Below, in pieces: positions 50,372 through 59,738 of a stretch of DNA of 64,000 nucleotides. This stretch comes from a virus (Duplodnaviria; Caudoviricetes), in the IMG/VR virus record IMGVR_UViG_3300037297_000386. One strand, given 5' to 3'. The first letter of the stretch is position 1; every line of letters begins with the position of its first letter. The position numbers were made by a program, and so were the translations under genes. Below the pieces are notes generated by a model. It made no database searches, was not told the origin of the DNA, and saw only the letters and a program-made list of their open reading frames with translations.

Positions 50372-50518
50372 CTAGTTTTTTAAAGTAAATAATAAATGAA
50401 ACAATTTTGTATCAATTGCTAATCTAATATCTCTTTTGCCAAACTCATTGCTTCGTGCGAGAACTGAAAACAAATGAATATGAAAAAATTTATTATTTAT
50501 TTCGAAATGTGGTTTCAT
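50372..50518 (-). CDS. 48-aa protein MKPHFEINNKFF..., copy 2
   Basis: Paralogue of 45149-45307; not in ORF track. Confidence 0.75.
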   Translation of the reverse strand: MKPHFEINNKFFHIHLFSVLARSNEFGKRDIRLAIDTKLFHLLFTLKN

Positions 50519-50586
50519 ATTAATATTAATTTCCTATTTTTTATATTTCTTAATAGCAATTAATGTTTTTATATCAGTTGGTTATT

Positions 50587-50991
50587 TTAATATTCATATT
50601 CGTTCTCTTTTTTACCATTTTTAGACCACCAAATATATTTACCATATAGTCTTCCATTTTGATATTCGTATTCATATTCTTTGTTACCGTTCTCATACCA
50701 ACCAATGTATTTACCATGGGGTTTTCCACTTTGATATTCGTATTCGAAACTTTTCTCGCCGTTTTTATATCGACCAACGCCTTTACCATGACGTTTATCA
50801 TTTTGATATTCTATTTTATGTTCAACTTGTCTGTTTGGATAATAATATCTGACAATGTATCTACACTTTTTTATATCAATCGGTTCTACTGTAATTAGAT
50901 TTCCGTTTTCGTCATTCCAATGTATTTCGTTTCCAGTTTTATAAGTTAGGCCAGATAGCAAGGCTGTATAAGCGTCATGTAGCAAGTTCAT
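50587..50991 (-). CDS. Leader plus MORN-variant repeat protein
   Basis: Ends at TAA where paralogues have CAA (YQN). Confidence 0.85.
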   Translation of the reverse strand: MNLLHDAYTALLSGLTYKTGNEIHWNDENGNLITVEPIDIKKCRYIVRYYYPNRQVEHKIEYQNDKRHGKGVGRYKNGEKSFEYEYQSGKPHGKYIGWYENGNKEYEYEYQNGRLYGKYIWWSKNGKKENEYEY

Positions 50992-51483
50992 AATAATTTT
51001 CCATCTTGATATTCACCTTCATATTCTTTATTGCCGTTCTTATGCCAATTAATACTTTTGCCATGGTGTTTTCCATATTGATATTCACCTTCAAACATTT
51101 TTGGTGCCATTTTTATACCAGCTAATATATTTACCATGTAGTTTTCCGTTTTGGTATTCTCTTTCGAATTTTTTATTACCATTTCCGTACCATCTAATGC
51201 TTTTACCATGGCGTTTTCCGTTTTGATATTCATTTTCGAACTCTTTATTACCATTCGCATACCAAGCAATACTTTTGCCATGGTATTTTTCGTTTTGATA
51301 TTCCATTTCATGTTCAACTTGTCTATTTGAATAATAATATTTGACAATATATCTACACTTTTCTATATCAACTGGTTCTACTGTAATAGGATTTCCATAT
51401 TCATCCTTCCAATGTATTTCGTTTCCAGTTTTGTAAGTTAGACCAGACAATAAAGCGGTATAAGCGTCATGTAGCAAACTCAT
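50988..51483 (-). pseudogene. Leader plus MORN-variant gene with +1 frameshift
   Basis: Extra base in T5 run 51098-51102 splits it into track ORFs 51091-51483 and 50988-51347. Confidence 0.75.
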
Positions 51484-51830
51484 AATAATTTTCCATTTTG
51501 ATATTTGTGTTCATATGCTTTATTACCGTTTTCATACCAATAAATATTTTTACCATGTAGTTTTCCGTTTTGGTATTTTGCTTCGAACCATTTATTGCCG
51601 CTTTCATACCAATTAATGCTTTTACCATGACGTTTTCCGTTTTGGTATTCTGTTTCCCAATGTTTTTGCCCATTTTTAAAATACCTACGAATAATGTATT
51701 TATTTTGATTAATATCAATTGGTTCTATTGTAATGGGATTTCCGTTTTTGTCATTCCAATGTATTTCGTTTCCAGTTTTGTAAGTTAGACCAGATAGTAA
51801 GGCGGTATAAACGTCATGTAGCAAACTCAT
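51480..51830 (-). CDS. Leader plus MORN-variant repeat protein, intact
   Basis: Ends YQNGKLL with ATGA overlap. Confidence 0.85.
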   Translation of the reverse strand: MSLLHDVYTALLSGLTYKTGNEIHWNDKNGNPITIEPIDINQNKYIIRRYFKNGQKHWETEYQNGKRHGKSINWYESGNKWFEAKYQNGKLHGKNIYWYENGNKAYEHKYQNGKLL

Positions 51831-52536
51831 AATAATTTTCCATCTTGATATTTGTATTCATGTGCTTTATCGCCGTTCTCATACCAATCAATGATTTTGC
51901 CATGGTACTCCGTTTTGGTATTCACTTTTCGAATCTTTTCTTGCCGCTTTCATACCAATCAATGTTCTTGCCATGGGGATTTCCATCTTGATATTTGCGC
52001 TCATATTTTTTTTTGCCATTCTCATACCAACCGATGTTTTTACCATGTGGCATTCCGTTTTGATATTCGCCTTCGAACTCTTTATTACCATTCCAATACC
52101 AACCAATATATTTACCATGTAGACTTCCGTTTTGATATTCGCATTCATATTCTTTGTTACCGTTTTTATACCAACCAATGAACTTACCATGTAGTCTTCC
52201 GTTTTGATATTTATTTTCACATTTTTTCTTGCCATCTTTATACCAACTAATGGTTTTGCCATGACGTTTTCCGTTTTGGTATTTTCTTTCAAATCTTTTC
52301 TTGCCGCTTTCATACCAATCAATGTTCTTGCCATGGTATTTTTCGTTTTGATATTCTGTTTCATGTTTAATTTGGCTGTTTGAATAATAATATCTAACGA
52401 TATATCTATATTTTACTGTATCAATCGGTTCTACTGTAATGGAGTTTCCGCTTTCATCCTTCCAATGTATTTCATTTCCAGTTTTGTAAGTCAGACCAGA
52501 TAGTAAGGCGGTATAAGCGTCATGTAACAGATTCAT
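51827..52536 (-). pseudogene. Longest leader plus MORN-variant gene, 3' frameshifts
   Basis: Intact to 51922; extra base at T4 51926-51929 and a nearby 2-nt deletion precede a normal ...YQDGKLL end. Confidence 0.75.
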
Positions 52537-52991
52537 AATAATTTTCCACCTTGATATTCGTGTTCATATCCTTTATTGACACTCTCGTACCAACTAATGG
52601 TTTTACCATTTAGTCTCCCATTTTGGTATTCATTTTCGAACCATTTAGTCTCCCATTTTGGTATTCATTTTCGAACCATTTATTGCCGTTTTTGTACCAA
52701 CCAATGTATTTACCATGTAATTTTCCGTTTTGGTATTTTGCTTCGAACCATTTATTGCCGTTCTCGTACCACCTAATGACTTTTGCCATGGTATTTTTCA
52801 TCTTGGCATTCTATTCTATATTCAACTTGTCTATTTGGATAATAAGATTTGACAATATATTTGCATTTTTCTATATCGACTAATTCTATTGTAATAGGAT
52901 TTCCGATTTTATCCTTCCAGTGTATTTCATTTCCAGTTTTATAAGTTAGGCCGGATAATAAAGCGGTATAAGCGTCATGTAACAAATTCAT
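52533..52991 (-). pseudogene. Leader plus MORN-variant gene with frameshift and 35-bp tandem duplication
   Basis: Extra base at T4 52781-52784; exact 35-bp duplication 52605-52639/52640-52674. Confidence 0.8.
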
Positions 52992-53005
52992 AATAATTTT
53001 CCATT

Positions 53006-53482
53006 TTAATATTTTTCTTCAAACCTTTTATTGCCGTTTTTGTACCAACCAATGTATTTGCCATGGAGCTGTCCGTTCTGATATTCTGCTTCGAACTCTT
53101 TATTGCCATTCTCGTACCAACTAATACTTTTACCGTGGCGTTTTCCATTTTTGTATTCACCTTCGAATATTTTATTGCCATTCTCATACCAACCGGTATT
53201 TTTACCATGTGGTATTCCATTCTGATATTCGCCTTCGAATTCTTTATTGCCATTCCAGTACCAACCAATGTATTTGCCATGTAGTTTTCCGTTTTGATAT
53301 TCTATTTCATGTTCAACTTGTCTATTTGGATAATAAGATTTAACGATATATCTACACTTTTCTATATCAACTGGTTCTACTGTAATGGGATTTCCATTTT
53401 CGTCATTCCAATGTATTTCGTTTCCAGTTTTATAAGTTAGGCCAGATAGCAAGGCTGTATAAGCATCGTGTAACAAATTCAT
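53006..53482 (-). CDS. Leader plus MORN-variant repeat protein
   Basis: Start MNLLHD at 53482; TAT-TAA-AAT stop replaces YQN. Confidence 0.85.
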   Translation of the reverse strand: MNLLHDAYTALLSGLTYKTGNEIHWNDENGNPITVEPVDIEKCRYIVKSYYPNRQVEHEIEYQNGKLHGKYIGWYWNGNKEFEGEYQNGIPHGKNTGWYENGNKIFEGEYKNGKRHGKSISWYENGNKEFEAEYQNGQLHGKYIGWYKNGNKRFEEKY

Positions 53483-53964
53483 AATAATTTTCCATCTCGA
53501 TATTTGCATTCATATCTTTTATTACCGTTTTCATACCAACCAATGTATTTACCATGGCGTTTCCCGTCTTGGTATTCACTTTCGCGGTATTTATTACCAT
53601 TTTCGTACCAGTTAATGTTTTTACCATGTGGCATTCCGTTTTGATATTCTTTTTTGAAATATTTCTGTCCACTCTCATACCAACCAATATATTTGCCATG
53701 TAGTCTTCCATTTTGATATTCTTCTTCAAATCTTTTATTGCCGTTTTCGTACCAACCAATACATTTACCATGGCATTTCTCGTCTTGATATTCACTTTCC
53801 CAACATTTTGCCCCATTTTTAAAATATTTACGAATAATGTATTTATTATTAATTGGTTCTATTGTAATTGGATTTCCATATTCGTCCTTCCAATATATTT
53901 CATTTCTGATTTTATAAGTTAGACCAGATAATAAAGCGGTATAGGCGTCATGTAATAAATTCAT
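53479..53964 (-). CDS. Leader plus MORN-variant repeat protein, intact
   Basis: First gene of the 50.6-54.0 kb tandem block. Confidence 0.85.
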   Translation of the reverse strand: MNLLHDAYTALLSGLTYKIRNEIYWKDEYGNPITIEPINNKYIIRKYFKNGAKCWESEYQDEKCHGKCIGWYENGNKRFEEEYQNGRLHGKYIGWYESGQKYFKKEYQNGMPHGKNINWYENGNKYRESEYQDGKRHGKYIGWYENGNKRYECKYRDGKLL

Positions 53965-54145
53965 TTTATTTTCAATTTTTCTATTTTTTTAATTTTTATT
54001 TTTTAATAATTTATACACTTTATAGGATGACACATTATAATTTTTTTTGGTTAATATTTTTCCACAAAGTGACATTTTTTGTATTTCTTTCTACTCTGAC
54101 ATTCAACACCGATCGTTTTATCCTTTTGGTTCTCATAGAAATTTA

Positions 54146-54159
54146 TCGGGGAAAGTAGG
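54146..54159 (-). repeat. Right copy of 14-bp inverted pair (TCGGGGAAAGTAGG on + strand)
   Basis: Reverse complement of 47017-47030; intergenic. Confidence 0.6.
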
Positions 54160-54182
54160 ACAAATCTTTTTTATTAAATTTA

Positions 54183-54638
54183 TTAATTATTTTTATTTAT
54201 TTCATATATACAATATGCAGAAGTTTCTTTTATTATCTTATATGGTAAATAAACTAAATACTGATGCACACCATATTTTGTAGTATAATCTTTTTTAATA
54301 TCCCGCCTGACTGTTATATATATTTTGCCAGATTTATTTATCAAACCTTTTAATTTATTTATTACTGCTCGTCGTTTATTAATATTGACAACATTTAAAA
54401 CATAAGAACATAATACAATATCATATTTTTTATCTAATAAATTTTTAGTAGGATTCCAATATGGATCATAGCCATTAGCATTATAATTATTTAATTGTAG
54501 CCAGGTGTAATCTGTTCCTCTTCCACAACCAAAATCTAAAATTTTATCGTCTTTATTTATTTTGTTATCATTGATTAATATGCGAAGCGGTAAGGATGGC
54601 CGTTTTCTTACAATTGCGGTTTTGTATGAATTATTCAT
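54183..54638 (-). CDS. Class I SAM-dependent methyltransferase
   Basis: ILDFGCGRGTD, GYDPY, YDIVLCSYVLNVV, VRRD. Confidence 0.85.
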   Translation of the reverse strand: MNNSYKTAIVRKRPSLPLRILINDNKINKDDKILDFGCGRGTDYTWLQLNNYNANGYDPYWNPTKNLLDKKYDIVLCSYVLNVVNINKRRAVINKLKGLINKSGKIYITVRRDIKKDYTTKYGVHQYLVYLPYKIIKETSAYCIYEINKNN

Positions 54639-54804
54639 GGTCGGATTTAATCTCTTTAATATTTAATATTTTAAATGCTTTCTTTCGTAGCATATTACAG
54701 ATTTTTTGCCAATGTTTTTCACAAAGTCCGCGCCCAAGATACACTATATCAGAATCCCTTCCGCATTTTTTATATTGACATTTATTTTCTATATCAGTTA
54801 ACAT
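54631..54804 (-). CDS. 57-aa Cys/His protein
   Basis: Hand-translated MLTDIENKCQYKKCGRDSDIVYLGRGLCEKHWQKIC... Confidence 0.55.
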   Translation of the reverse strand: MLTDIENKCQYKKCGRDSDIVYLGRGLCEKHWQKICNMLRKKAFKILNIKEIKSDHE

Positions 54805-55194
54805 TATTATATTTCCTATTGACTTGGCATCAAATAATAATTAGTCCAATAATGTGGTATATATGTATTATCATTAAAAATGACTCTAATTAAGTAACCT
54901 TGTTTACCACAATTTGTTATTTTTTCTATGCTAATTCTTTCATTTAATATATCATTATACAGATAAAATACAAAAATATTCATATTTTTGTTTTTACAAA
55001 AACTCTTCATTATCATAAAAAGTACCAATACAAATTATTCTTCCATCATACACTTTAATAAGATATTTGGTTGTATAAAATGAATCGTAATTACGATGTT
55101 TAATAGTAATTATATTATTCTTATATTTTACATTTCTGTTACAATTTAATATATTTTGATATAAATGTTTAAGAGTTCCGTTCATTTTGATATT

Positions 55195-55437
55195 TTAATT
55201 ATTTTCAAATGGTGCATCTTCTTCATATTCATAATCTTCATATTGATTAACCCTGGCAAGATATTCTATTACAGTTTCCATTTTATCTGTGAGTGCCATA
55301 TTAACTAAAACATTTGCAACATCGGCTGGTATATTCTCATCTACCAACCTGGTATTTCCATTCTCTTTAATTCGATATAAACAAAATCTGCCACTTTTAA
55401 ATGATAACATAAAATCATCATATAAATCTAAATCCAT
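55195..55437 (-). CDS. Hypothetical acidic protein
   Basis: RBS AGGAG; unrelated to array families. Confidence 0.6.
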   Translation of the reverse strand: MDLDLYDDFMLSFKSGRFCLYRIKENGNTRLVDENIPADVANVLVNMALTDKMETVIEYLARVNQYEDYEYEEDAPFENN

Positions 55438-55917
55438 AATTGATACTCCTTTATTAAAAAAATTAAATTATTAAAATCTTATGAATTTAACCGTCCCAAT
55501 TGATTTTATACATTCTTCAATTATATAACGATTTTCTACCACATGTTGTGGCCACAGGACATAACTTTTAATAATAATTACATTCTCTTTTTGTTTAATC
55601 TGCCATTTTGGATTAAAGAAACATCCATATATAAAAATTATATTCTTATTTATCAATTTATTTACTCTTTCGTATGTTGATAGGATTACCATAAGAAATT
55701 GGTCTTATATCTTTACCCATTATATATCGATCTTCTGCTATATAACCGTATATATAATATGGACTTTTAATAGTAATAATACCATTCTTTTGTTTAACTA
55801 TCCCATCTTTATATAATAAAGAACTATATATATGTCTTATACTTGGATTCATTTTAAACATACTATATAATTTCCACTATTCGCAAAGGAATAATTGTAA
55901 TTAATTTATTATCTATA

Positions 55918-56103
55918 TCAATAAAATATTTCACGATATTTATATCCATCTTTATAATATCTTACAATATATCTTTTCTTTTTAATATCTATTGGTTCTA
56001 ATGTAATAGGATTTCCAATTTTATCATGCCAATGAATTTCATTACCTGTTTTATAAGTGATACCAGACAGTAAGGCCACATAAGCATCATATAATAAATT
56101 CAT
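55918..56103 (-). CDS. Leader-only member of the LLHDAY family
   Basis: MNLLYDAYVALLSGITYKTGNEIHW...; no repeats. Confidence 0.75.
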   Translation of the reverse strand: MNLLYDAYVALLSGITYKTGNEIHWHDKIGNPITLEPIDIKKKRYIVRYYKDGYKYREIFY

Positions 56104-57045
56104 CTTAAATCCAAAAAACTTCTTTAGAATAATATCTTTCTAAAAAATTATTTTAGTTTTTGAATGTCATCTCTCATAAAGATTATTTTACCAACATCTT
56201 TGTCAATTAAATAATGATCTATATATTTATAATCACCATTGTAACGACGGTAATAAGTTTTGATGACAATTATTGTATCTTTTTGACTTACCGTGATTCT
56301 TGTGGTATAGACAGGCATTGAGATATATAAATCTACAATTTCAAGATCCATTAATATATTCCTATATTTTATCAATTTTATTGGTTATATAAATTATTTT
56401 TCCTAATTTTTTATTAATTGAATAATAATTTGTAAAAAAGTATTTATGATTATTAGCAAATGTAGTTTTTATTATAATAGAATTATTTTTTTGATTAACA
56501 TCACTTTTAGAATATAATAATATATTATATAAATTTACTATATTACTATTCATTTTTCTTTTTCCAATACTATATTTTCATTTTTTAAACAATTTGGACA
56601 ACACCAATTTACGATAATTATATCGCCTTCTTAATTTATATATATTACCCTATTACTTTTATCAATTATAAAATATGTTATATATTCCGAAATTAATTTT
56701 ATTATTAAATACTATTACCATATTTTTTATAGTAACAGTATTGTTTGTTTAAACAATACTACTATTAAGATATAAATATTCTTTATATAAATATAGAATT
56801 TCTTTACTAATTTCTATTATACATTTTTCATACCCGAAGATGCCATATAAATTTTATTTTTTATTCTATCAATTATATAATTACAATAAAATTTATATTG
56901 AAAACAATACCATTTTATGGTTATTATATTATTGCATTGATATATATTCATTGTATCTCTTTGGATACTTAATATAGTTTGATATAATCTATAAATATTT
57001 GTTGTCGTATCCATTCTAAAAATCCATTATTCTAATATGAGATAT

Positions 57046-57303
57046 TTATTTTCTTGGAAAATATTTATATCTTGCTGTAATCATCCATAATATAAATTGC
57101 AAAATGTAACTGGATAATAAAGCCGAATCCCATCCAATTTCTGATATTACATAAATTGTCATTAGGACAAATCCAACCAATAATGTCCAAATTAATATAT
57201 GTGATATACCCTGTGAATGCCCATCTCTTATCGACTTGACTACTTGTCCTACTGTTGCTAATATAAATAATATAGAAGCTATTATTCCAAAATATTTAAT
57301 CAT
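57046..57303 (-). CDS. PQ-loop/SemiSWEET-like three-TM protein
   Basis: GIIASILF...GQVVKSIRDGHSQGIS, three TM segments. Confidence 0.7.
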   Translation of the reverse strand: MIKYFGIIASILFILATVGQVVKSIRDGHSQGISHILIWTLLVGFVLMTIYVISEIGWDSALLSSYILQFILWMITARYKYFPRK

Positions 57304-58492
57304 TATTTAATATTGAAGCAGTTTTAACTGTTAAACCTCATTATTCCTTGGCCATTTCACTATTGTTATAAGATATATAACCGTAAAGTTCATTAATTAA
57401 ATAATAATCTGTGAATTTAAAAATATTATTGTTGTAAAAATATCTTACAATAATTAAATTATTATCTTGTCTTAAATCTCTATTAAAATATAATTTTGCC
57501 ATATATAGATATATAATTGTATTATCAATTTTACTATATAACATTTTTAATTACCATGATATTCTGCTCTCGGTCTTTATAAAAATAATATTACCTTTTA
57601 TTCCGTTGATAAAATAATAATATATAAACTTATGGTGATTAAAAGGGCGACTCTCAATACTAATTATATTATTTCTTTGGAGAGCATTTCGTTCAAAATG
57701 CAAAAGATTCCGATACAAATGCCATATATTATTATCTATTAAAGTTCGGATTATCATAATTTACATCTCTATCAATATAAAATATTTGGCCCATTTTTGT
57801 AACCGAATAATAATTAATAAGTTTGTACTTATAGTCATAATTATAACTTGATGTTATAATCATATTATCTTTTTGATTTATATCGCTTTTAAAATATAAA
57901 ATATCTTTATATAAACTATACATAGTATAAGTCATTATTTTAATCACCACAATTTTTTTCTTACACTTCCCTTGTATATTATTTTTCCTGTTTCCTGAAC
58001 AATAGAATAATAGATTCTAAATTCATAATTAAAACCGTTAGTTTTTATAGTAATCAAATTGTTTGTTTGATTTATTTTTCGTTTAAAACACAATATATAT
58101 TTATATAAGGTAACAATATTATTGTTCATGATATTTTTAATACTATATTTGAGAATTCCTATATATGATCTTATAATGTCATAAGAAGGATTAATTGTAT
58201 TTGTTCTCCACTAATAATTTTAAAAAGAGATAAAGATTTGATTTGAATATATTGGAGCCCACAGGCATAGCATATAATGTATTATATTATGACTAAACCA
58301 ATATGAATATTCAATAATTTTTCTATCATTCTTTAATATTTCTATATATAATTTAAATAAATTAGGCTTCTTCATATTTTTATCATTCGTGTAAACAAAT
58401 ATGTATTATCGTATTATATTCTTTTCTAATATTTATACCCAAATATAGCTAAATCTATTAATATTTTATAAAATTATTTTAAGGAAACCCTA

Positions 58493-58654
58493 ATGATCAA
58501 GTCCACTAAGTTATCTACAAAATTTACCAACAAAATCAAACTGGATAATTTAAACTTGTTCATCGACGAATATCGTCGGGTAGTTTCCCAATTCGTAGAT
58601 ATCCTTTGGCCTCAAGATAAAATCCCAAAACTATTACCTAAAGCCACAATCTAA
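58493..58654 (+). pseudogene. tnpB: TnpB N-terminal remnant (53 aa)
   Basis: RBS AAGGA then MIKSTKLSTKFTNKIKLDNLNLFIDEYRRVVSQFVDILW...IPKLLPK, a pattern recalled from TnpB N-termini; lies antisense to the array. Confidence 0.65.
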
Positions 58655-59294
58655 TGTCTCCATAATTTTATCAAATCGCTCAAATATGGCATTTAAGTCT
58701 ATATTATTATGCATTTTTGATTTCCTTTCATTGCTGACGCTCCAACAAATAGATATGCATTATATGATGGTGGTGGTAAATAGATTAGATATGAATCATC
58801 GTAAAGTGATGGATTATATATTATGTCAACTTTCATATTATATTTAAGTATACCTATGTATAATTTTAAAATATTTTGTGGTATATCAGAAATCAAATCT
58901 TGTTCCATTGTATTTACCATAAATAAATATATGTATGCGGATGCAATAAGCAAATTAAATATAGACCATTAAATCCAAACGGATTATATATTCCATTAAC
59001 TTTCATATTATGCACAAGAACTCCGATATATAATTTTAATATATTTTGTTTTAAACTATTTTGTAATATATTAGAAATCATATTTTTCAACTTATTTGCC
59101 TTATAAATAAACATATATATCATATTTTGGATGCGGTAAAATAATTATATATGGGCTACCAACCAAAAATGGATTTTTATATGCCTTCGGAATTTTTATA
59201 TTATATGTAAGCACATTGATATATAGTTTTGTAATATCGTATGAAATATTAATAACCTTTCTTTTTTATTCTTTTATAAAATTGAATTAAAATA

Positions 59295-59738
59295 TTATTT
59301 ATTTATAATTTTCCCGTCTTTATATTTTCCTTCTGAATATTTAATGCCATTTCTATCCCAATTAATAAACTTACCATTAAGGTTGTTATCTTGATATTCT
59401 AATTCACATTGTTTATTGCCATTTTCATACCAGACAATGGATTTGCCATTAAGTTTCCCTTTTTTATGTTCCTGTTCCCATTTTTTATTACCACTTGTAT
59501 ACCAATCAGCAGATTTACCATGAAGTCTTTCTTTCTGATATTTATATTTAAATTTCTTATTACCATTTGAATAATAATATCTGACGATATATTTGCACTT
59601 TTTTATATTAATCGGTTCTACTGTAATAGGATTTCCGTTTTCGTCCTTCCAATGTATTTTATTTCCAGTTTTATAAGTTAGACCAGACAATAAGGCTGCA
59701 TAAGCGTCATGTAATATAGTCACTATTAATTTCTCCAT
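59295..59738 (-). CDS. Leader plus MORN-variant repeat protein
   Basis: ILHDAYAALLSGLTYKTGNKIHW; four repeats. Confidence 0.85.
   Translation of the reverse strand: MEKLIVTILHDAYAALLSGLTYKTGNKIHWKDENGNPITVEPINIKKCKYIVRYYYSNGNKKFKYKYQKERLHGKSADWYTSGNKKWEQEHKKGKLNGKSIVWYENGNKQCELEYQDNNLNGKFINWDRNGIKYSEGKYKDGKIINK

Larger units (their letters stand above)
54816..58129 (-). other. Array A: about 12 small paralogous genes (xIxxLYxxIL...QxNNIIxIK...YxIxKxxGKIIY)
   Basis: Track ORFs starting 54816, 54994, 55471, 55658, 56148, 56362, 56817, 57341, 57551, 57732, 57944 plus a decayed copy at ~56620-56810. Confidence 0.8.

Noticed and set aside
50574-53816. Alternative-frame minus-strand ORFs rich in M/N/I/K overlapping the MORN genes
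   Set aside because: Frame shadows of the repeats; only the segments downstream of the frameshifts carry the real repeat sequence.
48165-53964. Diversity-generating retroelement acting on the repeat genes
   Set aside because: No reverse transcriptase or template repeat in the window; paralogue differences include many synonymous C/T changes and non-AAY-derived codons (AGA, AGG). A remote DGR cannot be excluded without the rest of the genome.
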